A stretch of 40,274 nucleotides of DNA. Origin: Nemertoderma westbladi (Eukaryota; Animalia; Xenacoelomorpha). The stretch is taken from NCBI GenBank assembly GCA_032718475.1, contig JAUCBJ010007435.1, positions 1-40,274 on the forward strand. The letters run 5' to 3'. The translations under genes and the position numbers were made by a program. Shown piece by piece: positions 1 to 12,167 of the stretch. Within the stretch, counting starts at the first letter, position 1. Each line of letters starts with the position of its first letter. The notes below the pieces were generated by a model, which saw only the letters and a program-made list of their open reading frames with translations, was not told the origin of the DNA and made no database searches.

Positions 1-357
1 TTAATATCTAGAAGACATCTTAATTTGGTGGGTTAAACTGCCAAAGGTCTGAAAGCGCGAACACCACATGAAAGTCCTTCTATCAAACTACAAAAACAGA
101 TACAAATATTTTTTGAAAATTCTCGAAAATTTCACTTCCTTTCGGGGTAATAGTACCCTTAACTTGGTTAATATATCGGTTAAAATATTGGTTAATAATC
201 GTTATTAATACGACCAACGCATAAGAGTATGAGCACCTATACACTTACTTATACATTGCATAATGGTAAATAACATAGAACATATTTTTCACAATGCTCT
301 AAATATTTTTGTATTAATAATTTTCATAATATTTTATATATTAATTTATTTTCTCAG

Positions 358-528
358 TCAGAAGAAATAAAAGATGAAACATGGTTGGTATTGGTGACCG
401 CTACCCTAGCCATATGGACATTGAGTTTGCTACAGTTTACATTGGCTCAAGCCGGTAAAGTATATAAAAGAGAAATGATCAATATGAAAATACCAGATAA
501 GACAGCCGCTGCTTCTGCCCTTAACGTG
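358..528 (+). CDS. TMEM26: TMEM26-like membrane protein, internal exon (SEEIKDETWLVLVTATLAIWTLSLLQF...)
   Basis: Acceptor ttttctcAG at 356-357. The peptide AIWTLSLLQF resembles TMEM26 VIWTWSMLQF. Phase-0 donor GTG|gtgtgt at 529 (526 is an alternative) fits the phase-0 next exon. Upstream exons lie outside the window. Confidence 0.75.
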
Positions 529-672
529 GTGTGTTACAATTGTTTTATGTTTTATATTTTTATTATTAATTAATAGTCACTAGCGAGATTATTTATTCTG
601 CTTTAGAATTAGATTGGTATTATTGAATATTATATTTAGTTAATAAATAAGTAATATATTTATTTATTACAG

Positions 673-890
673 GTAGACGAAATTCAACGAAAACATATGA
701 ACAAAAAGAAAAAAAAAACTAGCTTACTGTGCAATGAAAAAGTGAAAGTTATTCTGATTGCTTTATTACTACAGGATATACCATTCATCTGTATCCGCGT
801 AGTAACTATAAAAATGTACAACATTGTCACCCACATGAACGTATTCTTTACTGCAAAGAACGTATTGGTAATACTGTTACAGATATACAG
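673..890 (+). CDS. TMEM26: TMEM26-like exon (…LLLQDIPFICIRVVTIKMYNIVTHMNVFFTAKNVLVILLQIY)
   Basis: Acceptor ttacAG at 671-672 and donor AG|gtaagt at 891. Carries the TMEM26-family signature QDxPFxxxR…NxFFTxKNxLVxxLQxYR. Confidence 0.88.
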
Positions 891-1399
891 GTAAGTGGTA
901 CCGGTACTGTGGCCTGATTATCAGTGGAGAATGTTTTGAAAATAAGAGGGGTCCAGGGGTCACTGGAAAAAAAGTTCGCTACATTTGGAGCTAAGTTCAC
1001 AAATAAGCATTGGAATTGGAACAAAGTTCGCATTTGAAGTGAAATTTAATTCTAGTGCGACTAAACATCGTCCGAGGTGTGGACAAACCAATTCTTTTAA
1101 ATCTGGCCCCAAAATTTTGATTGAAATTATTTTAATTTTTGTGGAATTAGTTCAGATTATGGTTGCATCCAACGCTATTTGGCAAAGTTGAAATAGGGCC
1201 ATTTTACTCCGAAAAGGCTCCCAAACGTGCCATTTTGGGCATTTTTGGTCTAAAATGGTCCCAGAAGATTTTAACCAAGACTGCTCACTAGCATTAGAGG
1301 GGACCAAACTTTCAACCTCTGTTCCACATTTCATGGCATCTGAGATAAAGGCGTTTAAAGTTTATAAGAAGAGTCACCAAACTATAGGATACTATAAAA

Positions 1400-2215
1400 T
1401 GGTTCTAGACTGAAAAGACTTCTCGGCAGACCAGCCTCATCATTGAACCCCAGGCCACGCCAATATCGTCAGTCACTACGAAGGCTCAGGGAACTCACCC
1501 GGATGAGCGCGAACTGCAGACGCCGCCACACACACCCCCAAAATACTCGCGAATTGTCCCGTTCCGAAGCTCCTTTCCCGCATCCCTTGGTGTTCGGCGA
1601 CTGTCAGGATCGGGGCCTCACGGAAACAAACCCCATCAGTTGTACAGCCCTGGGGAGTGAAGGAAATCCTTCAGTCCTCACAGACAGCGGGATAGTGTTG
1701 TTTATTTTTCATCGCTCCTTCAGCAACAACCAAAATCCTCGCATGTTGCTGGAAAACTGAGGCCATCCCTCGGCGCAGAGTTCTGTGCCGTCGAGGACCT
1801 CTACAAGCTTGAATTGGTGATCAGGGAGGACTTGGAGGTACTCGGATACACGAAACATCCCCTGGTAGAAGCATTCCTGGTCGCGCAGAACCAAAGGGAC
1901 CTGAGGGATATGCAACCCAGACAGGGGGAACTCTCCAATACAGCAGTAACCGACTCTATAAAGAAAATTGCATACAGCCCCCGACCCCCCACCCCCTGTG
2001 GAACTGAGTGGGGTTCCAAAGAGTGAGGAAACGAAATCGTGGAGGAGGCCAGCGTGGATGGGTGAGAGTTCGTCATTGTTCTACCCAATCACAGGGCCTA
2101 GCTGTACCAGAGAATCCGGGTGGGTGAGCTATGGGGGTCCCGTACTCGGTGTCAGAGACTGGCCCTTGGGTAACTCCTCCTACGGTTATGGGTGGCGTAA
2201 TTGGCTGACTAAAGG
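1400..2215 (+). mobile_element. GC-rich intronic insert, possibly a decayed retroelement (RNase H-like) fragment
   Basis: GC-rich block in an AT-rich intron. One frame reads AEFCAV…KHPLVEAFL…GNEIVE, loosely like non-LTR RNase H motifs (AELxAI, HPLV, GNExAD), with stops. Confidence 0.25.
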
Positions 2216-2274
2216 CAATGTTTACCCTATATAATTATAATTATAAACGGTCATACTTTGCTTTCGATGTTTAG

Positions 2275-2455
2275 GTTTTATGGGGTTTACGCAGAAAGGA
2301 AGTTATCATTAGACTTGGCTGCACCTCAGCCTTCCACAACGAGCGGAATTATTGCTAAGAAATCGTCAATTAACACCAGATGTAAATCATTACTGGGAGT
2401 AATTAATGTCGCCCCGGTAGTCACACCCTGTGATGAGGAAGCAAGAGTGAGATAA
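2275..2455 (+). CDS. TMEM26: Probable terminal exon of the TMEM26-like gene (R/FYGVYAERK…PCDEEARVR*)
   Basis: Acceptor ctttcgatgtttAG at 2273-2274. The first base G completes the phase-2 AG of the previous exon (AGG=Arg). Open to TAA at 2453-2455. The tail sequence itself is not recognisably conserved. Confidence 0.68.
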
Positions 2456-2586
2456 ACAACGCAACAGTGAGATAAACAACGCAACAGTGAGATAAACAAC
2501 GCAAGAGTGAAATAAACAACGCAAGAGTGAGATAAACAACGCAAGAGTGAGATAAACAACGCAAGAGTGAGATAAACAATGCAAGA
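2441..2586 (+). repeat. 20-bp tandem repeat GCAAGAGTGAGATAAACAAC, 7 copies plus a partial, overlapping the TMEM26-like stop codon
   Basis: Directly visible. The first unit is codons A-R-V-R-TAA plus 5 nt. Confidence 0.97.
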
Positions 2587-2832
2587 AGGAAACATAAAAT
2601 CAACAACTTATAGCTTAAATCACAATTTTAATTTTATTTTTTATTTGGTATTTATATTATTTGACAACGATTATAAATAAGAACTGCCGATGTACGTGTA
2701 TGAGACTATCAGGTATAATATTTAGCAACAAAAAAACAAATTATTTATGATATATTATGTTATAGAATATTATGATAATGCTCTCCATAGCGAAAAATAT
2801 CGTACCTAGGTTTCAACCTTCCGGTTATCATG

Positions 2833-3047
2833 AGCCGGGTGTGTGTGTCCTAAGACCACTGAGCTACGAGGACGGATGAATAATTTATTCGCTATGGAGT
2901 TGGCTATCATATTTGGGCCTTTTACTAATCACTCTAAGGAAAGTACAAGGTCAAAATATGATGATATCCCACACTCTATAGCGAATAAATTATTCATCCA
3001 TCCTGGTAGCTCAGTGGTCTTGGGGGTTGGGACTCACACACCCGGCT
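2833..3047. mobile_element. Foldback/MITE-like inverted repeat with ~90-bp arms
   Basis: agccgggtgtgtgtgtcctaagaccactgagctacgaggacggatgaataatttattcgctat (from 2833) is the near-perfect reverse complement of atagcgaataaattattcatccatcctggtagctcagtggtct…ggactcacacacccggct (ending 3047). Confidence 0.75.
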
Positions 3048-6000
3048 GACCGTTACCCCACCCCACACTTGGGACTCACACACCCGGCTGACCGTTACCC
3101 CACCCCACACTTGGGACTCACACACCAGGCTGACCGTTACCCCACCCCACACTTGGGACTCACACACCCGGCTGACCGTTACCCTACCCCACACTTGGGA
3201 CTCACACACCAGGCTGACCGTTACCCCACCCCACACTTGGGACTCACACACCCGGCTGACCGTTACCCCACCCCACACTTGGGACTCACACACCCGGCTG
3301 ACCGTTACCCCACCCACACTTGGGACTCACACACCCGGCTGACCGTTACCCCACCCCACACTTGGGACTCACACACCCGGCTGACCGTTACCCCACCCCA
3401 CACTTGGGACTCACACACCCGGCTGACCGTTACCCCACCCCACACTTGGGACTCACACACCCGACTGACCATTACCCCACCCCACACTTGGGACTCACAC
3501 ACCCGACTGACCGTTACCCCACCCCACACTTGGGACTCATACACCCGGCTGACCGTTACCCCACCCCACACTTGGGACTCACACACCCGGCTGACCGTTA
3601 CCCCACCCCACACTTGGGACTCACACACCCGGCTGACCGTTACCCCACCCCACACTTGGGACTCACACACCCGGCTGACCGTTACCCCACCCCACACTTG
3701 GGACTCACACACCCGACTGACCATTACCCCACCCCACACTTGGGACTCACACACCCGACTGACGGTTACCCCACCCCACACTTGGGACTCATACACCCGG
3801 CTGACCGTTACCCCACCCCACACTTGGGACTCACACACCCGGCTGACCGTTACCCCACCTCACACTTGGGACTCACACACCCGGCTGACCGTTACCCCAC
3901 CCCACACTTGGGATTCACACACCCGGCTGACCGTTACCCCACCCCACACTTGGGACTCACACACCCGGCTGACCGTTAACCCACCCCACACTTGGGACTC
4001 ATACACCTGGCTGACCGTTACCCCACCCCACACTTGGGACTCACACACCCGACTGACCGTTACACCACCCCACACTTGGGACTCACACACCCGGCTGACC
4101 GATACCCCACCCCACACTTGGGACTCACACACCCGGCTGACCGTTACCCCACCCCACACTTGGGATTCACACACCCGGCTGACCGTTACCCCACCCCACA
4201 CTTGGGACTCACACACCCGGCTGACCGTTACCCCACCCCACACTTGGGACTCACACACCCGACTGACCGTTACCCCACCCCACACTTGGGATTCACACAC
4301 CCGGCTGACCGTTACCCCACCCCACACTTGGGACTCACACACCCGGCTGACCGTTACCCCACCCCACACTTGGGACTCACACACCCGGCTGACCGTTACC
4401 CCACCCCACACTTGGGACTCACACACCCGGCTGACCGTTACCCCACCCCACACTTGGGACTCACACACCCGGCTGACCGTTACCCCGCCCCACACTTGGG
4501 ACTCACACACCCGGCTGACCGTTACCCCACCCCACACTTGGGACTCACACACCCGGCTGACCGTTACCCCACCCCACACTTGGGACTCACACACCCGGCT
4601 GACCGTTACCCCACCCCACACTTGGGACTCACACACCCGGCTGACCGTTACCCCACCCCACACTTGGGACTCACACACCCGGCTGACCGTTACCCCACCC
4701 CACACTTGGGACTCACACACCAGGCTGACCGTTACCCCACCCCACACTTGGGACTCACACACCCGGCTGACCGTTACCCCGCCCCACACTTGGGACTCAC
4801 ACACCCGGTTGACCGTTACCCCATCCCACACTTGGGACTCACACACCCGGCTGACCGTTACCCCACCCCACACTTGGGACTCACACATCCGGCTGACCGT
4901 TACCCCACCCCACACTTGGGACTCACACACCCGGCTGACCGTTAACCCACCCCACACTTGGGACTCATACACCTGGCTGACCGTTACCCCACCCCACACT
5001 TGGGACTCACACACCCGACTGACCGTTACCCCACCCCACACTTGGGACTCACACACCCGGCTGACCGTTACCCCACCCCACACTTGGGACTCACACACCC
5101 GGCTGACCGTTACCCCACCCCACACTTGGGATTCACACACCCGGCTGACCGTTACCCCACCCCACACTTGGGACTCACACACCCGGCTGACCGTTACCCC
5201 ACCCCACACTTGGGACTCACACACCCGGCTGACCGTTACCCCACCCCACACTTGGGACTCACACACCCGACTGACCGTTACCCCACCCCACACTGGGGAC
5301 TCACACACCCGGCTGACCGTTACCCCACCCCACACTTGGGACTCACACACCCGGCTGACCGTTACCCCACCCCACACTTGGGACTCACACACCCAGCTGA
5401 CCGTTGCCCCACCCCCACACTTGGGATTCACACACCCGGCTGACCGTTACCCCACCCCACACTTGGGACTCACACAACCGGCTGACCGTTACCCCACCCC
5501 ACACTTGGGACTTACACACCCGGCTGACCGTTACCCCACCCCACACTTGGGACTCACACCCGGCTGACCGTTACCCCACCCCACACTGGGGACTCACACA
5601 CCCGGCTGACCGTTACCCCACCCCACACTTGGGACTCACACACCCGGCTGACCGTTACCCCACCCCACACTTGGGACTCACACACCCGGCTGACCGTTAC
5701 CCCACCCCACACTTGGGACTCACAAACCCGGCTGACCGTTACCCCACCCCACACTTGGGACTCACACACCCAGCTGACCGTTACCCCACCCCACACTTGG
5801 GACTCACACACCCGGCTGACCGTTACCCCACCCCACACTTGGGACTCACACACCCGGCTGACCGTTACCCCACCCCACACTTGGGACTCACACACCCGGC
5901 TGACCGTTACCCCACCCCACACTTGGGACTCACACACCCGACTGACCGTTACCCCACCCCACACTTGGGACTCACACACCCGGCTGACCGTTACCCCACC

Positions 6001-6852
6001 CCACACTTGGGACTCACACACCCGGCTGACCGTTACCCCACCCCACACTTGGGACTCACACACCCGGCTGACCGTTACCCCACCCCACACTTGGGACTCA
6101 CACACCCGACTGACCGTTACCCCACCCCACACTTGGGACTCACACACCCGGCTGACCGTTACCCCACCCCACACTTGGGACTCACACACCCGGCTGACCG
6201 TTACCCCACCCCACACTTGGGACTCACACACCCGGCTGACCGTTACCCCACCCCACACTTGGGACTCACACACCCGGCTGACCGTTACCCCACCCCACAC
6301 TTGGGACTCACACACCCGACTGACCGTTACCCCACCCCACACTTGGGACTCACACACCCGGCTGACCGTTACCCCACCCCACACTTGGGACTCACACACC
6401 CGGCTGACCGTTGCCCCACCCCCACACTTGGGATTCACACACCCGGCTGACCGTTACCCTACCCCACACTTGGGACTCACACACCCGGCTGACCGTTACC
6501 CCACCCCACACTTGGGACTCACACACCCGGCTGACCGTTACCCCACCCCACACTTGGGACTCACACACCCGACTGACCGTTACCCCACCCCACACTTGGG
6601 ACTCACACACCCGGCTGACCATTACCCCACCCCACACTTGGGACTCACACACCCGACTGACCGTTACCCCACCCCACACTTGGGACTTACACACCCGGCT
6701 GACCGTTACCCCACCCCACACTTGGGACTCACACACCCGGCTGACCGTTACCCCACCCCACACTGGGGACTCACACACCCGGCTGACCGTTACCCCACCC
6801 CACACTTGGGACTCACACACCCGACTCGGACTGACCGTTACCCCACCCCACA
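3027..6852. repeat. 42-bp minisatellite TTGGGACTCACACACCCGGCTGACCGTTACCCCACCCCACAC, about 91 copies
   Basis: Directly visible. It explains the 14-aa periodic ORFs. Confidence 0.98.
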
Positions 6853-7092
6853 ACAATTCATTTAAACAATTATATTATTTATCAATCTTCATTGCGATCT
6901 CGAATAATAAGAGATGTGATGCCCTTCTTGAGAATAATTTACCTTCAGCTGAAAATATTTAATTTTAATTAAATAATTAAATTCAAAATGGCTGTGGCTT
7001 GATTAAGAATAAAAAAAATGGTAAAACCAGAATAATAATTAAATAAGTTAAACTTTAAAAATATACTAAGTAAGTACGAATACGAACCATTT

Positions 7093-7599
7093 TTCTTTGA
7101 TCACAAACCCAGCTACAATCCGTATTCTTTGAGCACACACCCAGCTACAATCCGTATTCTTTGAGCACACACCCAGCTACATTCCGTCTTCTTTGAGCAC
7201 ACACCCAGCTACAATCCGTATTATTTGAGCACACACCAAGCTACAATCTGTATTCTTTGAGCACACACCCAGCTACAATCCGTATTCTTTGAGCACACAC
7301 CCAGCTACATTCCGTATTCTTTGAGCACACACCCAGCTACAATCCGTATTCTTTGAGCACACACCCAGCTACAATCCGTATTATTTGAGCACACACCCAG
7401 CTACAATCCGTATTCTTTGAGCACACACCCACCTACAATCCGTATTCTTTGAGCACACACCCAGCTATAATCCGTATTCTTTGAGCACACACCCAGCTAC
7501 AATCCGTATTCTTTGAGCACACACCCAGCCACAGTCCGTATTATTTGAGCACACACCCAGCTACAATCCGTATTCTTTGAGCACACACCCAGCTACAAT
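7093..7599. repeat. 32-bp minisatellite (ACADS C-terminus-derived), duplicated distal block, about 15-16 copies
   Basis: Unit CACACACCCAGCTACAATCCGTATTCTTTGAG. The order of variant units closely matches 8972-9450. Confidence 0.97.
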
Positions 7600-7602
7600 G
7601 GG

Positions 7603-8731
7603 CACCCGGCTGACCGTTACCCCACCCCACACTTGGGACTCACACACCAGGCTGACCGTTGCCCCACCCCCACACTTGGGATTCACACACCCGGCTGACC
7701 GTTACCCCACCCCACACTTGGGACTCACACAACCGGCTGACCGTTACCCCACCCCACACTTGGGACTTACACACCCGGCTGACCGTTACCCCACCCCACA
7801 CTTGGGACTCACACACCCGGCTGACCGTTACCCCACCCCACACTGGGGACTCACACACCCGGCTGACCGTTACCCCACCCCACACTTGGGACTCACACAC
7901 CCGGCTGACCGTTACCCCACCCCACACTTGGGACTCACACACCCGGCTGACCGTTACCCCACCCCACACTTGGGACTCACACACCCGGCTGACCGTTACC
8001 CCACCCCACACTTGGGACTCACACACCCGGCTGACCGTTACCCCACCCCACACTTGGGACTCACACACCAGGCTGACCGTTACCCCACCCCACACTTGGG
8101 ACTCACACACCCGGCTGACCGTTACCCCACCCCACACTTGGGACTCACACACCCGGCTGACCGTTACCCCACCCCACACTTGGGACTCACACACCCGACT
8201 GACCGTTACCCCACCCCACACTTGGGACTCACACACCCGGCTGACCGTTACCCCACCCCACACTTGGGACTCACACACCCGGCTGACCGTTGCCCCACCC
8301 CCACACTTGGGATTCACACACCCGGCTGACCGTTACCCCACCCCACACTTGGGACTCACACACCCGGCTGACCGTTACCCCACCCCACACTTGCGACTCA
8401 CACACCCGGCTGACCGTTACCCCACCCCACACTTGGGACTCACACACCCGACTGACCGTTACCCCACCCCACACTTGGGACTCACACACCCGGCTGACCG
8501 TTACCCCACCCCACACTTGGGACTCACACACCCGGCTGACCGTTACCCCACCCCACACTTGGGACTTACACACCCAGCTGACCGTTACCCCACCCCACAC
8601 TTGGGACTCACACACCCGGCTGACCGTTACCCCACCCCACACTGGGGACTCACACACCCGGCTGACCGTTACCCCACCCCACACTTGGGACTCACACACC
8701 CGACTCGGACTGACCGTTACCCCACCCCACA
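7603..8731. repeat. 42-bp minisatellite, second block, about 27 copies
   Basis: Same unit and same terminal variant (cccgactcggactgacc) as the block ending at 6852. Confidence 0.97.
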
Positions 8732-8971
8732 ACAATTCATTTAAACAATTATATTATTTATCAATCTTCATTGCGATCTCGAATAATAAGAGATGTGATG
8801 CCCTTCTTGAGAATAATTTACCTTCAGCTGAAAATATTTAATTTTAATTAAATAATTAAATTCAAAATGGCTGTGGCTTGATTAAGAATAAAAAAAATGG
8901 TAAAACCAGAATAATAATTAAATAAGTTAAACTTTAAAAATATACTAAGTAAGTACCAATACGAACCATTT

Positions 8972-10970
8972 TTCTTTGATCACAAACCCAGCTACAATCC
9001 GTATTCTTTGAGCACACACCCAGCTACAATCCGTATTCTTTGAGCACACACCCAGCTACATTCCGTCTTCTTTGAGCACACACCCAGCTACAATCCGTAT
9101 TATTTGAGCACACACCAAGCTACAATCTGTATTCTTTGAGCACACACCCAGCTACAATCCGTATTCTTTGAGCACACACCCAGCTACATTCCGTATTCTT
9201 TGAGCACACACCCAGCTACAATCCGTATTATTTGAGCACACACCCAGCTACAATCCGTATTCTTTGAGCACACACCCACCTACAATCCGTATTCTTTGAG
9301 CACACACCCAGCTATAATCCGTATTCTTTGAGCACACACCCAGCTACAATCCGTATTCTTTGAGCACACACCCAGCCACAGTCCGTATTATTTGAGCACA
9401 CACCCAGCTACAATCCGTATTCTTTGAGCACACACCCAGCTACAATCCGTATTCTTTGAGCACACACCCAGCTACAATCCGTATTCTTTGAGCACACACC
9501 CAGCTACAATCCGTATTCTTTGAGCAGACACCAGTTCTACAGTCCGTATTCTTTGAACACACACCCAGCTACAGTCCGTATTCTTTGAACACACACCCAG
9601 CTACAGTCCGTATTCTTTGAGCACACACCCAGCTACAACAATCCGTATTCTTTGAGCACACACCCAGCTACAGTCCGTATTATTTGAGCACACACCCAGC
9701 TACAATCCGTATTCTTTGAGCACACACCCAGCTACAACAATCCGTATTCTTTGAGCACACACCCAGCTACAGTCCGTATTATTTGAGCACACTCCCAGCT
9801 ACAGTCCGTATTCTTTGAGCACACACCCAGCTACAACAATCCGTATTCTTTGAGCACACACCCAGCTACAGTCCGTATTATTTGAGCACACACCCAGCTA
9901 CAATCCGTATTCTTTGAGCACACACCCAGCTACAACAATCCGTATTCTTTGAGCACACACCCAGCTACAGTCCGTATTATTTGAGCACACACCCAGCTAC
10001 AGTCCGTATTCTTTGAGCACACACCCAGCTACAACAATCCGTATTCTTTGAGCACACCCAGCTACAGTCCGTATTATTTGAGCACACACCCAGCTACAAT
10101 CCGTATTCTTTGAGCACACACCCAGCTACAATCCGTATTCTTTGAGCACACACCCAGCTACAATCCGTATTCTTTGAACACACACCCAGCTACAGTCCGT
10201 ATTATTTGAGCACACACCCAGCTACAGTCCGTATTCTTTGAACACAAACCCAGCTACAATCCGTATTCTTTGAACACACACCCAGCTACAGTCCGTATTA
10301 TTTGAGCACACACCCAGCTACAATCCGTATTCTTTGAGCACACACCCAGCTACAATCCGTATTCTTTGAACACACCCAGCTACAATCCGTATTCTTTAAA
10401 CACACACCCAGCTACAGTCCGTATTATTTGAGCACACACCCAGCTACAATCCGTATTCTTTGAACACAAACCCAGCTACAATCCGTATTCTTTGAGCAGA
10501 CACCAGTTCTACAGTCCGTATTCTTTGAACACACACCCAGCTACAGTCCGTATTATTTGAGCACACACCCAGCTACAGTCCGTATTCTTTGAACACAAAC
10601 CCAGCTACAATCCGTATTCTTTGAACCCACAAACCCAGCTACAATCCCTATTCTTTGAGCACACACCCAGCTACAATCCGTATTCTTTGAGCAGACACCA
10701 GTTCTACAGTCCGTATTCTTTGAACACACACCCAGCTACAGTCCGTATTATTTGAGCACACACCCAGCTACAGTCCGTATTCTTTGAACACAAACCCAGC
10801 TACAATCCGTATTCTTTGAACCCACACACCCAGCTACAATCCGTATTCTTTGAGCCCACAAACCCAGCTACAATCCGTATTCTTTGAGCCCAAAAAACCC
10901 AGCTACAATCCGTATTCTTTGAGCACACACCCAGCTACAGTCCGTATTCTTTGAGCACACAACCAGCTAT
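8972..10970 (-). repeat. 32-bp minisatellite, about 62 copies, whose first unit is the last codons plus stop of ACADS
   Basis: Minus-strand unit CTGGGTGTGTGCTCAAAGAATACGGA(C/T)TGTAG versus the gene end gCT GGT TGT GTG CTC AAA GAA TAC GGA CTG TAG. Confidence 0.97.
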
Positions 10971-12167
10971 AACGAGCCGTTGTATCTCGGATGTTCCCTC
11001 GTATATCTCAGTAATTCTCGCGTCCCTGTAATGCCGTTCGGCCGGCATATCGGTAACGTAGCCCATCCCGCCGAGTACCTGGATGGCCTGATGGGCCACG
11101 CTGGTTGCAGCTTCGCTCGCCGCTAGTTTAGCCATCGCCGCTGCCTTTGTAATGGGCTCCCCGGCGTCCATCAATGCAGCCGCCTTGTATGTGAGCAGCC
11201 TCGCAGCCTCTACGAGGACCGCCATGTCCGCCAGTTTACTCTGCACCAACTGGAGTCGGTTTATGGGGCTGCCGAAGGCCTCCCGAGTAGCTGAGTACCG
11301 GACAGCGCAGTCCATCGCAGCCTGGGCTATACCGACACCTTGAGCCCCAATACCAATCCTACCCACATCTAACGTCTGCATGGCGATCTTGAAACCCTGT
11401 CCAATCTCTCCCAATAGATTCTCCTTAGGAATTCGGCAATCTTCGAATATAAGCTGACATGTAGAAGTCGCTTTTATCCCCATTTTATCCTCTTTCTTCC
11501 CTAAACTAAGTCCATCTACCGGTTTGGGTACGATGAAAGCGCTGATCCCTTTGTGCTTCTTGGCTTTATCCGTGGTGGCGAACACGATTGCGGCCTCAGA
11601 CTCGTACCCGTTAGTGATCCACATTTTGGATCCGTTTAGGATCCAGTGGTCCCCGTCCGGACGTGCCGTAGTGGAGGCAGCCCCGGCGTCGCTACCGTTA
11701 CCTGGTTCGCTCAACGCAAAGCATCCGACTCGATCTCCGTTGGTAAACTCCGAGACCCATCGCTCCTTCTGGGCCGGGGTCCCGTACCGCAGGATCGGGG
11801 CCAGATACAGCGAGTTGTTTACGCTCATTATCCCCCCAGTAGAGGCGCAACCGCGGCTGATATCCTCCAATGCGACGGCGTACGCTAGATAATCCAGCCC
11901 GGAACCACCGTACTCCAACGGCGTGGTTACCGCTAGCAACCCGAGTTCCCCTAGTTTCTTAACTTGTTCCGCAGGGTAGCGATGTTCCCGATCTAGTTGG
12001 CCAGCGATCGGTGCGAGTTCGCTGTCCGCAAAATCCGCACAGGTTTTTTGAAGCATTTTGTGAGTGTCGGGAAGTGCTGCTAAACTGAAATTTCGTAGCC
12101 TCGCCCGGTTGGCGGAAGTACGAGCGCCTAGAAAGAGGGGTCGTAATATAATCGGAGAAGACATCAT
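10935..12167 (-). CDS. ACADS: Mitochondrial short-chain specific acyl-CoA dehydrogenase (about 410 aa, uninterrupted CDS)
   Basis: Motifs [71 protein letters not shown] are typical of SCAD. The N-terminus is Arg/Ser-rich like a transit peptide. First ATG is at 12167 (the ORF track starts at an upstream TTG). Confidence 0.95.
   Translation of the reverse strand: MMSSPIILRPLFLGARTSANRARLRNFSLAALPDTHKMLQKTCADFADSELAPIAGQLDREHRYPAEQVKKLGELGLLAVTTPLEYGGSGLDYLAYAVALEDISRGCASTGGIMSVNNSLYLAPILRYGTPAQKERWVSEFTNGDRVGCFALSEPGNGSDAGAASTTARPDGDHWILNGSKMWITNGYESEAAIVFATTDKAKKHKGISAFIVPKPVDGLSLGKKEDKMGIKATSTCQLIFEDCRIPKENLLGEIGQGFKIAMQTLDVGRIGIGAQGVGIAQAAMDCAVRYSATREAFGSPINRLQLVQSKLADMAVLVEAARLLTYKAAALMDAGEPITKAAAMAKLAASEAATSVAHQAIQVLGGMGYVTDMPAERHYRDARITEIYEGTSEIQRLVIAGCVLKEYGL

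Noticed and set aside
3005-3020. tRNA A-box-like GGTAGCTCAGTGG
   Set aside because: No B-box or cloverleaf follows. It is part of the foldback arm.
2994-8841. Long ORFs (846, 523, 361 aa and others) with 14-aa periodicity
   Set aside because: By-products of a 42-bp unit that lacks stops in several frames on both strands. Frameshifting indels occur freely and there is no unique coding domain.
10935-12167. Bacterial horizontal transfer of the intronless, GC-richer acyl-CoA dehydrogenase
   Set aside because: It has a mitochondrial transit-like N-terminus and animal SCAD-type motifs, and the other exons here are similarly GC-richer than the introns.
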